IMG/VR virus record: IMGVR_UViG_3300034120_000351
Coordinates: 1 to 53,614 of that record
DNA: 53,614 nt
Reading direction: 5' to 3' (one strand)
DNA from: a virus
Taxonomy: Duplodnaviria > Caudoviricetes
Shown one piece after another: positions 1-9,368 of the stretch (position 1 is its first letter; each line of letters opens with the position of its first letter). The notes under the pieces were generated by a model, which was not told the origin of the DNA, made no database searches, and saw only the letters and a list, made by a program, of their open reading frames with translations. The position numbers and the translations under genes are program-made.

Positions 1-263
1 CGGCAGTAGTTCCAAAGCTGAAGCGTATCAACCGGCAGGTCACCGTGCTCTGCCTGCCAGACGTAGGCGTGGATGGGTAGCTTGTCGTACAACGCGCCGT
101 AGGCGGGCAGCAGCGACTCAATGCGGAACACCTGACCACGCAGGGCTTTCAAGCTCACCCATACTGCAGGTTCAAGCTCGCCGTGTCCCTTTTGAAAGTT
201 GTACAAAAACTCCTTGCGCACGAAGCACTTGACCGGAGGTAGCGAGGCAACAATGTAGCTCAT
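1..263 (-). CDS. Hypothetical phage protein, 3' end truncated by the window edge
   Basis: Read manually (not in ORF track): ATG at 263 overlaps the stop of the upstream gene; open frame MSYIVASLPPVKCFVRKEFLYNF... runs to the window start. Confidence 0.65.
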   Translation of the reverse strand, partial: MSYIVASLPPVKCFVRKEFLYNFQKGHGELEPAVWVSLKALRGQVFRIESLLPAYGALYDKLPIHAYVWQAEHGDLPVDTLQLWNYC

Positions 264-487
264 GTGTTCTTCTCCTTAAGGGTTGACTGAGCCATAAGGA
301 TCGCCCACTCTACGGTCTGAGCATTGGCACGAATGGTGTCGACTTCTTTGTCGGTCAGATTTTGCCAGCCTTTAGATTTGCTAAGTGTTGGTTGAGTCAG
401 CACCGACATGATCTGGTAGTTCTGCTTTACGACCTGCTCATTCACTGCAAACATGCGGTGCAAAAACTCTATTTGGTCTTCAGTCAT
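260..487 (-). CDS. Hypothetical phage protein
   Basis: 75-aa ORF with AAGGAAG RBS, ATGA-coupled to both neighbours. Confidence 0.65.
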   Translation of the reverse strand: MTEDQIEFLHRMFAVNEQVVKQNYQIMSVLTQPTLSKSKGWQNLTDKEVDTIRANAQTVEWAILMAQSTLKEKNT

Positions 488-684
488 TTGTCTTCCTTAG
501 GTTTGACGGGCAGCGGAGCCCAGTGCGTCCACCATGGGTCTTTGCCGTGGTATTGACCGTACACGGCGACCCCACCCGCGCCGAGCAGCTGAACCTTTAC
601 TCCTCTGGGGCAGGTGTCCATCGGTTGCCAGTAGTACTCGCGGTCAACGGCTACGGTACGAGCGCTGTTGATCTCTACGGTCAT
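484..684 (-). CDS. Small phage protein (DUF551-like, WQPMDTCP...WTHWAPLP)
   Basis: Typical WQP/THW-PLP motifs; coupled to neighbours. Confidence 0.7.
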   Translation of the reverse strand: MTVEINSARTVAVDREYYWQPMDTCPRGVKVQLLGAGGVAVYGQYHGKDPWWTHWAPLPVKPKEDK

Positions 685-935
685 GCTTGTCCCCTTGCTC
701 GGATGGTGTCACGGTTATCAATACAAGCCGCCCATGCCGACTGCGTTGTTGAGTTTTGTTCAAGCCCCGCATATACATCAGCATGTTTCTTACAAACTTC
801 AGCACACGCCTCACGCTCATGTTGTGCTACTAGCTTGGCAAAGGCAGTTAACAATTCAACATTGCGCCCGAGCGTCATGACTTCGCGGTACATTCCCGCT
901 TGTACAGCCAACTCAATTATTTCATCTTTTGTCAT
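681..935 (-). CDS. Hypothetical phage protein
   Basis: FAKLVAQHEREACA...IRARG pattern common in small phage proteins; ATGA coupling. Confidence 0.7.
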   Translation of the reverse strand: MTKDEIIELAVQAGMYREVMTLGRNVELLTAFAKLVAQHEREACAEVCKKHADVYAGLEQNSTTQSAWAACIDNRDTIRARGQA

Positions 936-1123
936 GATTTCATGTCCCTCACGTAGCGGGCAAAGCTGGCAGCGGTATCGCCGAACGGCATGCGGTCGAA
1001 CTCACGCGCCACCTCCTCAAGCACCTCGTTGCGGTGCGCTGAGTTGTAGCACTTTGCGGGGGTCGGGCACTCAGCATGGTAACATCCTGGGCACACGAAG
1101 TCGAGCTTCAGTTGATCGGTCAT
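932..1123 (-). CDS. Hypothetical phage protein (start revised to MTDQL)
   Basis: GGAG RBS before ATG at 1123, which overlaps the upstream stop. Confidence 0.65.
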   Translation of the reverse strand: MTDQLKLDFVCPGCYHAECPTPAKCYNSAHRNEVLEEVAREFDRMPFGDTAASFARYVRDMKS

Positions 1124-1422
1124 TGTATTCTCCCCCGCATAGCGGCGACCTGCGCCCGCTGTTGATCCATCAACTCGTCGCGCTGACTGCACACCAGCTT
1201 GTACATCTCGTACAGGGTGTCAATTTCATCTTGCGCCTTCTCACGCTCGGCTTTGACAGCCGCCTGCACCAACACTTGGATGTTGTGACCAATCGCATTT
1301 AATACAAACTTTGCGGCGTCGTTAGCAGGAATATCAGGGTTAACCCAAATACCGTCTTTAGACAAGCGCAAAACTTCTACGCTTGGCTCGTTGCTGAAAA
1401 ATCGAATAGAGTCAGTTGTCAT
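1120..1422 (-). CDS. Hypothetical phage protein
   Basis: 100-aa ORF in a coupled chain. Confidence 0.65.
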   Translation of the reverse strand: MTTDSIRFFSNEPSVEVLRLSKDGIWVNPDIPANDAAKFVLNAIGHNIQVLVQAAVKAEREKAQDEIDTLYEMYKLVCSQRDELMDQQRAQVAAMRGRIQ

Positions 1423-1622
1423 ATTGTCGCCCTTCTTTGCGTGCGCGTTGTAGGTTCAAATTTTTCAGGCGGCGGGGGTGTCATCTTCTCGCTAGGCGGG
1501 GTCCAGCCGTACTTGCGCCAGAGCGCTTGCACGTCTGCGCCGGTTGTCCACTTGAAGTCAGGGTGACCTACAGGTATCCAAGGTATTGTCTTTTTCATTT
1601 CTAAGTTATCCTCTATTTTCAA
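1419..1622 (-). CDS. Hypothetical phage protein
   Basis: ORF coupled to the primase gene; start may be the internal MKKTIPW after GAGG. Confidence 0.6.
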   Translation of the reverse strand: MKIEDNLEMKKTIPWIPVGHPDFKWTTGADVQALWRKYGWTPPSEKMTPPPPEKFEPTTRTQRRATI

Positions 1623-3757
1623 ATGCCGAACTTACCGCGTTCGATTGCGGCAACCACTTCTTCATTCACACGCAGGTAGTGGTTGGCTCGTCCCTGCGGC
1701 TTCTCTAACTCAATGCGCTCGAGCGATCCGTCGTTCAGCAAACTGGTGACGGCGCGTTCTTTGCGCTCTTGAGATGCTTTGACACCGCCCTGTGCCACGG
1801 GCAGACGTTCGTAGTAGGAGCGGCTCTTGCCCGCGTCACGGCGTACGAGTTCAATAATGTCGTCGCAGATCCGTGACCATTGCTCCTGCTCTTTTTGTTC
1901 TTTGCGGTCTTCCTTCATTTGCGTGCGCTCTCCTGGTTTGAGAGGACGGGCAACGGAGTGGCTGAACCAGATCTCCTTGTCGTAGCCTAGCACGTCTTTG
2001 TGGTTCTCTCGGTTTGACACGAGGTCAAAGGTGAGTTCAGCAAAGGCGGTGGGGAACCTGACCTTTGTCGCTTTGAGCACGCGGGGTGCGTCGGCATGCT
2101 CGCCGTCTTTGAACACAGTGTACACACCTTGCGCATCGCCCGTCCACGCTGATGCACCGCGAGGTGAGAGGAAGTCTGACTCAGATGAGCCGAGCGCCTT
2201 TGCTGTATGGCTGACGATGATTATAGGGAAGGTGGCAAACGCCTGTTTGATGTACGCCATGGCTCGCCCGACCTCAGCGTTGTCGTTTTCATTTTCCAAA
2301 TCAAATACCGCGTTCGCAGTATCAAACACCACCAACGGCAGCGCCGCGTGATACGTCCCATCAGCCTTCTCATTGTCCACTGTCCATTCTTTGTACTCGT
2401 CAGCCACTTGGGCGACTATCTTGGGGTCTAACCTCTGCGCGTTAACGACTCGCACTCGCTCGTTGAAGTCATTAACGGACAAGCCAGTGTAACCCCACGA
2501 GTAGAGCGAGTAAATGACGCGTTGAACCTGCACGACCGACTCGGTGATGATGATCACGTTGCGACGCACGGCGGGCTTGAGCACGTAGTCATGCGGGCAG
2601 AGGTGCGCAGTGGCTAACGCCATAGGCACGATGAGGGTTGTCTTACCGACTCCAGGAGAACCGGCGACTACGTTGACACCGGTTGACATAAAGTCCTCGT
2701 ATACGTACTCAAAGACGTTGACTTCACCCGCGCCTGAGGCGACTGAGTTTTTGAGACTGAGCGGATGAACTGCGGGTTTGCCGTCAGGGGTTGTAGCGGC
2801 GGCTTGCGGAGCCTCGTGAGTGTTACCCGCCCAGCCGTTATCAATCGCCATGCGGAAGATTGAGCGGTAGGTGATTGAGTGAGGGGTGCTGATGTCACGC
2901 TCCCACTTACGCCTCTGCGCGGCGGCATCAAACTTCTCACTGGTCGCCGCCCACTCGGTCCAGATCTTGTAGCCGTTCTCGCCGTACGGCTTGAGCACCA
3001 TACCGACGTTGACCCACGTTGTGTAGTCGTCAGCGTCAACATGTTTGAGCGCGGAGCGCAGGTCATCAAAGGTTTGAGCCGTGGCCACCGGAACACCGCC
3101 ACGCTCGGTGAGGCTATAATTGACCGGAGGTCGTGCTTTACTCGCTATCAGCTGAGGCAAGGGAGAGGGCTTTGCCGGACGGGTTTGACTGAGCGGCGAG
3201 CGCCCTTGTTGCCATTTGTAATCACCGGACGGTCCGAGCGTAGGCGCGACGCAGATATAGCCATGGTGCTTCAGGTCAAGACCTTTGCCGAGCGTGCCAG
3301 GATACGTCATGTCCTCATCAGCGGTGAACAGCCGATGCTCCCCGCCGCCTTGAGTCACTGCCGTACAGTCAGAGTGCATGACGCCGTGTTCGGCTTCTAG
3401 CTCTGCCAGCGAGTCAACACCGCCGTTCTGCGGGTCAATGTCCAGCGCCAGCAAACCTGACTCGGCGAGCGAAATACCGATGCCCGCGTTGGGGTCAGTT
3501 GCCCACCAGTCTTTGATGATTTGTTCGTCAACAGTAGCGTCTTGATGTCCGTGCGGAACTAACTCAGACTGAGGGTGCTTACCCGCCTTGTGACCTTTCT
3601 CAGTGTTAGGGCGACCGCACCGGCATTGACCGTGATCATCCACTGACCACACCGGTAACACGTACCAACCGAGCTTTGCGTAGGCTAACGCATAGTCTAG
3701 GGTTTTTGGTCCGTCAGTGTCTACTGCCCAGACATGCTTAGGCGTCTTGCTCGTCAT
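1619..3757 (-). CDS. Primase-polymerase (Prim-Pol/bifunctional AEP) with PriCT-2 and AAA_25/RepA-like helicase domains
   Basis: LALDID, TQGGGEHRLF and GYICVAP prim-pol motifs; DYTTWVNVGMVL PriCT-2; Walker A GSPGVGKT; Walker B VVFDT. Confidence 0.88.
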   Translation of the reverse strand: MTSKTPKHVWAVDTDGPKTLDYALAYAKLGWYVLPVWSVDDHGQCRCGRPNTEKGHKAGKHPQSELVPHGHQDATVDEQIIKDWWATDPNAGIGISLAESGLLALDIDPQNGGVDSLAELEAEHGVMHSDCTAVTQGGGEHRLFTADEDMTYPGTLGKGLDLKHHGYICVAPTLGPSGDYKWQQGRSPLSQTRPAKPSPLPQLIASKARPPVNYSLTERGGVPVATAQTFDDLRSALKHVDADDYTTWVNVGMVLKPYGENGYKIWTEWAATSEKFDAAAQRRKWERDISTPHSITYRSIFRMAIDNGWAGNTHEAPQAAATTPDGKPAVHPLSLKNSVASGAGEVNVFEYVYEDFMSTGVNVVAGSPGVGKTTLIVPMALATAHLCPHDYVLKPAVRRNVIIITESVVQVQRVIYSLYSWGYTGLSVNDFNERVRVVNAQRLDPKIVAQVADEYKEWTVDNEKADGTYHAALPLVVFDTANAVFDLENENDNAEVGRAMAYIKQAFATFPIIIVSHTAKALGSSESDFLSPRGASAWTGDAQGVYTVFKDGEHADAPRVLKATKVRFPTAFAELTFDLVSNRENHKDVLGYDKEIWFSHSVARPLKPGERTQMKEDRKEQKEQEQWSRICDDIIELVRRDAGKSRSYYERLPVAQGGVKASQERKERAVTSLLNDGSLERIELEKPQGRANHYLRVNEEVVAAIERGKFGI

Positions 3758-5310
3758 TATTCTGTTTCTCCGTTGAAATACTCCTCAAGCACATTCCAAT
3801 AGCGCCCAGACTTGCGTACAGTAACCGCGACCGGTTGTCGAGCGCCTTTCAGTTGCCACGTGAGTGAACGAGCAGGGGAGGGTAAGTTTACCGCAAGTGC
3901 GCGTCTTTTGAAAAACGCCACCGATTGCGATGTGGGTGTTTCGGTGCTGATGAAAGTAGAAGCGTCAATACGCGCCCCCTCATCCGTGACGCATGCGTAC
4001 TGCACGAGCAACACCGGTTGATTAGGGTTACGCCGCGTGGGTAGCGCGACGCAGTTAACACCGCTGACTGTGACTTTGATGATTGAGTCATCGGTCGCCT
4101 CGAGTCCGGTCATAGGGTCGATAGGCTTCAAAGTGCGCACACCAGGATAGACCTTGCGCTCTTTCTTGACGTAAGGCTTAGTGGGCACGGCGGGAAGCTC
4201 CTCCGGTTCAGCGTCAAGGCTCTGCCGGTAGAAGTTGTCGTACATGTCGACGCCGCCCAGCCGTTGCAGGTTACCGACGAAGTCAAGCACGAGGCAGTTC
4301 TTTTTGCTGTCGTGTAGGCGCGTGCCCCGACCTTGAATCTGAACCCACAGAGAGGAGGAAAGAGTTGGTCTCAGGCACACGATGCAGTCGAGCGCGGGGA
4401 AGTCAAAACCGGTGGTAATCATATCAACCGAGCAGAGCACACGGCTTGCGCCGCTCAGGAACCGATCCAAAATGTAGTCCCTGTCCGCGCCCTTCAGGTT
4501 GCCCGCCATGACTTCCGTTGACCAGCCGGTGACCTTGGTGATTGCGTTAGCGGCTCGCATAGCGGCGGTAATCGTTGGGCAGTACACCGCAATATGTTTC
4601 CGGTTGCCGGCGAGAGTGACTAACGATTCAGCCATTGACTCAAGCCAATCGTTCATCTGCTTGTCACCGACCTCGGTTTGCACAAAGTCGCCGCTCACGC
4701 TCACGTCCTCGAGGTCAAGTTGAAACGCGGTCTCAACGCCCACTAGCGGGCAGAGCCAGCCGTCGTGAACGGCGCGGGGTACAGGGTAGTTATAGGCGAG
4801 GCGGTCAAACCAGAACTGCTCTCCGTCACCGTAAATGATTCCGTTGTCCATGCGCCACGGCGTAGCGGTCATAGCGACGCGTTGAGCAGCGGGGTAACGG
4901 CGTAGGATTGATTCGTAGAGCGTCGGTTCACCCTCGTTGTGCGGGACGCGGTGGGCTTCGTCTATGATGATGAGGTCAGGCGCTTGCATTTCAGCTAGGA
5001 CACCCATCATGCTTTGAATGGTACCGAAGGTAACGTCGCCGTCAACGTCCTTGCGGTTCAGTCCCGCGCACACTATGGACGGCTTGAGTCCGCTATAGCG
5101 CGTGTAGGTGGAAGCGTTTTGCTTGACGAGTTGCTGAACGTGGGTGAGTACCCAAGTGTTTTTGCCGAGGTCTCTATAGAGGCTAGCTATAGCGGCGATG
5201 ATGAGAGACTTGCCCGTACCGGTGGCGAGTTGAAGCACAGGGTTGACGCCTTTCCCTAGCGCGGCTATAGCGGCTTGGGTTGCTTCGTCTTGGTAGGGTC
5301 TGAGTTGCAT
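3757..5310 (-). CDS. Superfamily 2 DNA helicase (DEAH)
   Basis: LRPYQ Q-motif, ATGTGKS, DEAH, TATP, TGFD and QIQGRGTR motifs. Confidence 0.93.
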   Translation of the reverse strand: MQLRPYQDEATQAAIAALGKGVNPVLQLATGTGKSLIIAAIASLYRDLGKNTWVLTHVQQLVKQNASTYTRYSGLKPSIVCAGLNRKDVDGDVTFGTIQSMMGVLAEMQAPDLIIIDEAHRVPHNEGEPTLYESILRRYPAAQRVAMTATPWRMDNGIIYGDGEQFWFDRLAYNYPVPRAVHDGWLCPLVGVETAFQLDLEDVSVSGDFVQTEVGDKQMNDWLESMAESLVTLAGNRKHIAVYCPTITAAMRAANAITKVTGWSTEVMAGNLKGADRDYILDRFLSGASRVLCSVDMITTGFDFPALDCIVCLRPTLSSSLWVQIQGRGTRLHDSKKNCLVLDFVGNLQRLGGVDMYDNFYRQSLDAEPEELPAVPTKPYVKKERKVYPGVRTLKPIDPMTGLEATDDSIIKVTVSGVNCVALPTRRNPNQPVLLVQYACVTDEGARIDASTFISTETPTSQSVAFFKRRALAVNLPSPARSLTWQLKGARQPVAVTVRKSGRYWNVLEEYFNGETE

Positions 5311-5344
5311 TAAATAATTCTCCAGTTATACGTTATCACTGCGA

Positions 5345-5373
5345 ATTATGCCTGAGAATTTCAGAAAAAGCAA
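5345..5373 (-). promoter_or_regulatory. Sigma70-like promoter for the helicase/primase operon
   Basis: TTGCTT-17nt-CATAAT on the minus strand, preceded by an AT-rich tract. Confidence 0.7.
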
Positions 5374-5487
5374 ATTATTTGAAAAAACTTTTTGCGGCGA
5401 CATTGAATTAGCCACTGTGAAAAGCGTGCTTCCCATAGGGGGAATGGCTAATAACCAACTGCGGTGAAGGGTCATTAAAAATATCGC

Positions 5488-5517
5488 TTGGCGTTTCAGA
5501 AAATTTGAAACTATAAT
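5488..5517 (+). promoter_or_regulatory. Sigma70-like promoter for the rightward early operon
   Basis: TTGGCG-18nt-TATAAT. Confidence 0.7.
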
Positions 5518-5549
5518 TCAATCCATACCTTGATAACTGGAGAACTTGA

Positions 5550-5801
5550 ATGACACACGACCGCCGCTACGACAAATTAATCGCAGATTGCAGCAAGATT
5601 GAAAGCCGCAGCAATCGTCTCGCCGTTGACGAAATCATTGACAGCGCTCGCATCAACGCTAACGACACCGTCCGCGACGAAAAACTCCCCTTGTCTGACT
5701 GGGATCGTTTCTTCACTGCTACCCTCGCTAGCATTTTGAGCGAAGGCGGTCGTAATCACCACGTAGTTGCTTTTTTCACTAAGCGTGGCATCACTTTTTA
5801 A
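5550..5801 (+). CDS. Hypothetical early protein
   Basis: First gene after the promoter, with leader repeat/RBS. Confidence 0.75.
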   Translation: MTHDRRYDKLIADCSKIESRSNRLAVDEIIDSARINANDTVRDEKLPLSDWDRFFTATLASILSEGGRNHHVVAFFTKRGITF

Positions 5802-5826
5802 TAACTCAATAACTGGAGAACTCACC

Positions 5827-6126
5827 ATGAACATCAACAAAACAATCATCGCTCGCATCGAAGAGTACCGCGCTACTAACAAGAATCCTTGCAAGAGCTA
5901 CGCTACTGAAGCCGCTGCTGAGAAGGCTACCGCTCAAATGGCGCAGGACGCCGCTAACTACTTCCACAAAGAGCGCGGTGTTGAGGCTCGTCCCGCTCAG
6001 TACGTCGTCATATATAACGAGGCATGGGGTCGTTGGGTTGGTGCGGTCAACATGACCGAGCTGATTCAGCGCTCATCAAGCACTGGCGGCTACATCGGCT
6101 ACTGTACCGGCTTCTTCGTTTTCTAA
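5827..6126 (+). CDS. Hypothetical early protein (start revised to MNINK)
   Basis: Leader repeat with GGAG immediately before ATG 5827. Confidence 0.8.
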   Translation: MNINKTIIARIEEYRATNKNPCKSYATEAAAEKATAQMAQDAANYFHKERGVEARPAQYVVIYNEAWGRWVGAVNMTELIQRSSSTGGYIGYCTGFFVF

Positions 6127-6162
6127 TCGCCCTCTCAATAACTCAATAACTGGAGAACTCGC

Positions 6163-6363
6163 ATGTCTCAACCTATCACAAACACCACACTCTTAGTTAC
6201 CGTGAAAAATGTCTACGGTAAAGAGACGATCTACCCTGCTAACAGCACGGCTCAGATCTTTGCTGACCTCGCCCGTCAGTACACTCTGACTCGCGAGACG
6301 CTCAAACTCGCTAAGAGCCTCGGTTACGCCATTGAAGTCAAGCAGACCGAACTGGCTTTTTAA
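6163..6363 (+). CDS. Hypothetical early protein
   Basis: Leader repeat/RBS; VKNVYG...YPAN pattern. Confidence 0.8.
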   Translation: MSQPITNTTLLVTVKNVYGKETIYPANSTAQIFADLARQYTLTRETLKLAKSLGYAIEVKQTELAF

Positions 6364-6392
6364 TCAATAACTCAATAACTAGGAGAACTACT

Positions 6393-6602
6393 ATGAAACG
6401 CAAAGACCAAGGTAAGAAAGAATACGTCGTCATAATTAAAGACGAGGACGGCACACGCCGCGTCTTCTCTCGCCCAGTCACATCTAACCAAGCCGTGTTC
6501 CTGATCTGCGGCTCTAGCTTACCGCTGGACTTCGTCGCTATCCGTCACCTTGAAGAGCTGGGCATCAAGCCCCACGCAACTACGTTCAAGGAGGCAGCAT
6601 GA
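6393..6602 (+). CDS. Hypothetical early protein
   Basis: Leader repeat/RBS. Confidence 0.7.
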   Translation: MKRKDQGKKEYVVIIKDEDGTRRVFSRPVTSNQAVFLICGSSLPLDFVAIRHLEELGIKPHATTFKEAA

Positions 6603-6757
6603 ACACGTTATTCGCTTTAGAAGAACACTTGTGTATGTTGCTAGTTGAAGACAAGTTTTGTTTTGAAGAGGGCGACTGGGATCGCCTTGAAAGAATTCGT
6701 CTGGCAATCGATGACACCCGCGCTCAAATCGAGTTTTTGAAAGGGGTGAAAGCATGA
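6599..6757 (+). CDS. Hypothetical protein, 52 aa (MNTLFALEEH...)
   Basis: Read manually; AGGAGG RBS and ATGA coupling on both sides. Confidence 0.65.
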   Translation: MNTLFALEEHLCMLLVEDKFCFEEGDWDRLERIRLAIDDTRAQIEFLKGVKA

Positions 6758-6930
6758 CCTCACGCATCACATTCCTGCTCATCCTGATCGCGCTCGGCGC
6801 GGTTGGGACGTTTGATTACGACAGCGCGGTTGATGAGGAGATCGCGTATTGCGACCGCCTCAAAAACAAAGTGCACACCGACTACAACCGCATCAAGAGC
6901 ACCTGCGCGGCTCGCCACTGGAGCAAATAA
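6754..6930 (+). CDS. Hypothetical membrane-anchored or secreted peptide, 58 aa (MTSRITFLLILIALGAVG...)
   Basis: Read manually; N-terminal hydrophobic stretch; coupled start. Confidence 0.6.
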   Translation: MTSRITFLLILIALGAVGTFDYDSAVDEEIAYCDRLKNKVHTDYNRIKSTCAARHWSK

Positions 6931-6931
6931 C

Positions 6932-7633
6932 ATGAGAACACGAATTGTTTGGAGCACCGAAGAAAAAGCCGCTCACTATGAGCGCCTTGTGTTGCTGTTC
7001 AAGGGTAATCCCGCTCTTGACTCTAAGACCGCGTTCCGTGAGGCTCAAGACGCCCTGCGCTATGAGCGCCACCGCAAGATCACTGACGGCACGGTCTTCA
7101 CGCATAAGGTGATGATAGCTAAGGCGCGTGCTGAAGCTAAGCGCGACCCTATCCCGCAGCCAGCAGTGACTGCCGCACCGGTCGCCGCTGAACCCGCTAA
7201 CCCGCTGCTCAAGATCTTTGACGACCTGCTTGACTTGTTAGCTGACCGCATAGCGGAACGCCTTCGCCCGCAGATGACGTTCACTGAAGTCAAAGAGCAG
7301 ATTAACACTCAGTTTGACACGCAGTTCAAGCGCTACAAGGCTGAGGTAACACCGCCTAAGCCCCGCAAGCCCACTGTGTTGATCATCGGTTTGAACGGCT
7401 GTCAAATGTCGGTGGTGACCAGCAAGTACCTTGACGTTAAGTTCTCATTCATGACCGGTGAGGAGGCTGTGAGCCGTAACCGGTTTAATGCTGATCACAC
7501 AATCTTGATGACTAAGTTTATCAACCACAGCGCTCAAGCTAAGTACCGCACAGCGCCTAACCTCCATTACTGCAACGGCGGTGTGTCTGACTTGACTACG
7601 CTTATGCACATCATCATGAAAGGTTCAGTATGA
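6932..7633 (+). CDS. Hypothetical protein with DUF2325-like C-terminal domain (start revised to MRTRI)
   Basis: GGAG RBS; VLIIG...ADHTILMTKFINH...CNGGVSDL resembles DUF2325. Confidence 0.6.
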   Translation: MRTRIVWSTEEKAAHYERLVLLFKGNPALDSKTAFREAQDALRYERHRKITDGTVFTHKVMIAKARAEAKRDPIPQPAVTAAPVAAEPANPLLKIFDDLLDLLADRIAERLRPQMTFTEVKEQINTQFDTQFKRYKAEVTPPKPRKPTVLIIGLNGCQMSVVTSKYLDVKFSFMTGEEAVSRNRFNADHTILMTKFINHSAQAKYRTAPNLHYCNGGVSDLTTLMHIIMKGSV

Positions 7634-7740
7634 ACAACTGGCCATTCCCACCCCCAACCGGTCCCGTGCCTTGGACTGCTAAGCAGATTCGCGAATATGC
7701 ACGTAAGCGCATCGAGCAGACCGAAAAAGCCCCTTTTTAA
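7630..7740 (+). CDS. Hypothetical peptide, 36 aa (MNNWPFPPPTGPVPW...)
   Basis: Read manually; ATGA coupling. Confidence 0.5.
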   Translation: MNNWPFPPPTGPVPWTAKQIREYARKRIEQTEKAPF

Positions 7741-7765
7741 TCAGAATTTTCCTTGGAGATTTGAA

Positions 7766-8194
7766 ATGAATACAGTAAACTTTTCCAGCATGACGACCCC
7801 ACAATTAGTGTCGTTTTATAACCGCCACAGTACAACACCGGTCAAGCGCTTTAGCGACCGCAAAACCGCCGAAAGGCGTTGTGCTGAGGTCTTTGAGAGC
7901 TTGCTCTCCCCTGTACCTACTAGCAAAGTGATTAAACAAGTGGTTGACACCTCTACCCGCCCAGTCATGAAGGACTCGCTCAAGCTCGACCGCACGATCA
8001 TCTGCGTGAACACCGGCGCTACGTGGAAGAATGCGTATCAGATGTGGCGCGACAATCCTGACTGGATGACTAGCGCTCAGCAAGACCGCTTGACCGCCCA
8101 GCTCTACGCCGCCGCTAAGGTCGGTGAGCAGAAGATTATTGAAATCAATGACCGCAGCTTCATGTTGGTTAACATTAAAGGAGTAAAGAAATGA
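7766..8194 (+). CDS. Hypothetical protein (start revised to MNTVN)
   Basis: GGAG RBS before 7766; VKRFSDRKTAERR motif. Confidence 0.7.
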   Translation: MNTVNFSSMTTPQLVSFYNRHSTTPVKRFSDRKTAERRCAEVFESLLSPVPTSKVIKQVVDTSTRPVMKDSLKLDRTIICVNTGATWKNAYQMWRDNPDWMTSAQQDRLTAQLYAAAKVGEQKIIEINDRSFMLVNIKGVKK

Positions 8195-8415
8195 CTGAGA
8201 ACGCACCTGTGTTGGCGGGCATAAAGTGGTTCACGAGCGGTAAGGGTCTCGTGGGCGTAGCAGCGGTGCGCATTGAGACCGGCGACATCAAGTTCTACAT
8301 CGCCCCCGCTGATGGTTTCAACGAGGTGATCGACTCTAATTTGATCATGTCACACGGAGCGCCTTTCCCCGAGGACGCCGGTTACGCATTATTTGTAAAG
8401 GAAGAGTTAGCATGA
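8191..8415 (+). CDS. Hypothetical protein
   Basis: AAGGAG RBS; coupled. Confidence 0.7.
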   Translation: MTENAPVLAGIKWFTSGKGLVGVAAVRIETGDIKFYIAPADGFNEVIDSNLIMSHGAPFPEDAGYALFVKEELA

Positions 8416-9368
8416 ACACCGTATTTCCCGACCTGTCGCTTGACCGCAACGTCGTCAAGTGGGAGCAGCACCTTGGCACTCAGACGCCGTGGGAGAATCA
8501 CAAGGGCTTGTGGTTCAAGCGTGAGGATTACTTTGCGCCGCTCGGCTATAGCGGTCCCAACGGCTCTAAGATGCGCCAGCTGATTTGGTACGTCAACAAG
8601 TTCCGTCAAGGTAAGACCCACATCGTGACCGGCGCTAGCATTCAGTCCCCTCAGCTGAGCATGAGCGCTATCGTGGGTGCGCACTACGGCTTGCGCGCTC
8701 GGCAGATCGTCTATAGCAAACCTGAGACTGTGTTGCGTCATGAGAACCCTCGCATTGCCTACGGCTTTGATGCTGAGTTTGAGTACGCTTCTGGTCCGTA
8801 CAACCCTATCCTGCAGCGCAAGGTTGTTGACCTGACGCAACCTACCTCGCTCGTCGTAGAGTACGGCATTACCGTGCCACATGACCGCTACCCTGAGGAC
8901 GACGTGCGTAAGTTTCACGAGGTCGGCGCTCATCAGACAGCTAACATCCCGCCCGAAGTCAAGCGCCTCATCGCCCCTGCTGGGTCGTGTAACTCGCTGA
9001 CGAGCATTATGCTCGGCTTGAGCCGTGACTCGCACAATATTGAGGAACTGTTCACGATCGGCATCGGTCCCGACAAGCGCGGCTGGATGCGTGCTCGGTT
9101 AGCCTACATCGGCATTGACATTGACAAGCTGCCGTTCAAGTGGAAGCACTTTAGCCTGCACGACAGCGGCTACAGCAAGTACAGCGATCACTTCACCGGT
9201 GAGAATTTTGACGGCATCCGCTTTCACCCGACCTACGAGGCTAAGATGTGGCGCTGGTTGACACACAACAACCAGTTAGATTATGATGACCATACCGCCT
9301 TCTGGATTGTGGGCAGCGCCCCTGACACGAAGATTGTTGAACCCTTTTACACTAGGAAGTTTTCATGA
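8412..9368 (+). CDS. PLP-dependent enzyme (fold type II, ACC deaminase/D-cysteine desulfhydrase-like); probable DNA base-modification decarboxylase
   Basis: WFKREDY...GPNGSKMRQ PLP-lysine motif, PAGSCNS phosphate loop and HPTYEAK; adjacent to thymidine-modification genes. Confidence 0.8.
   Translation: MNTVFPDLSLDRNVVKWEQHLGTQTPWENHKGLWFKREDYFAPLGYSGPNGSKMRQLIWYVNKFRQGKTHIVTGASIQSPQLSMSAIVGAHYGLRARQIVYSKPETVLRHENPRIAYGFDAEFEYASGPYNPILQRKVVDLTQPTSLVVEYGITVPHDRYPEDDVRKFHEVGAHQTANIPPEVKRLIAPAGSCNSLTSIMLGLSRDSHNIEELFTIGIGPDKRGWMRARLAYIGIDIDKLPFKWKHFSLHDSGYSKYSDHFTGENFDGIRFHPTYEAKMWRWLTHNNQLDYDDHTAFWIVGSAPDTKIVEPFYTRKFS

Larger units (their letters stand above)
5318..6389. repeat. Dispersed leader/RBS repeat (CAATAACT)CAATAACTGGAGAACT upstream of early genes
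   Basis: Copies at 5318-5337(-), 5533-5546, 5800-5822, 6134-6159 and 6364-6389; further copies at 13117-13137 and, degenerate, 16854-16866. Confidence 0.9.

Noticed and set aside
523-1302. 259-aa plus-strand ORF and the many other antisense ORFs in the track (for example 8382-9035, 20456-21166, 43991-44611)
   Set aside because: They are shadows of well-supported coupled genes on the opposite strand, with no recognisable motifs
5800-6389. Leader repeats as a CRISPR array
   Set aside because: Spacing is irregular (about 230-335 nt), the intervals are genes, and the repeats contain the RBS
8412-9368. Auxiliary metabolic ACC deaminase or cysteine desulfhydrase
   Set aside because: The fold matches, but operon context favours a DNA-modification role
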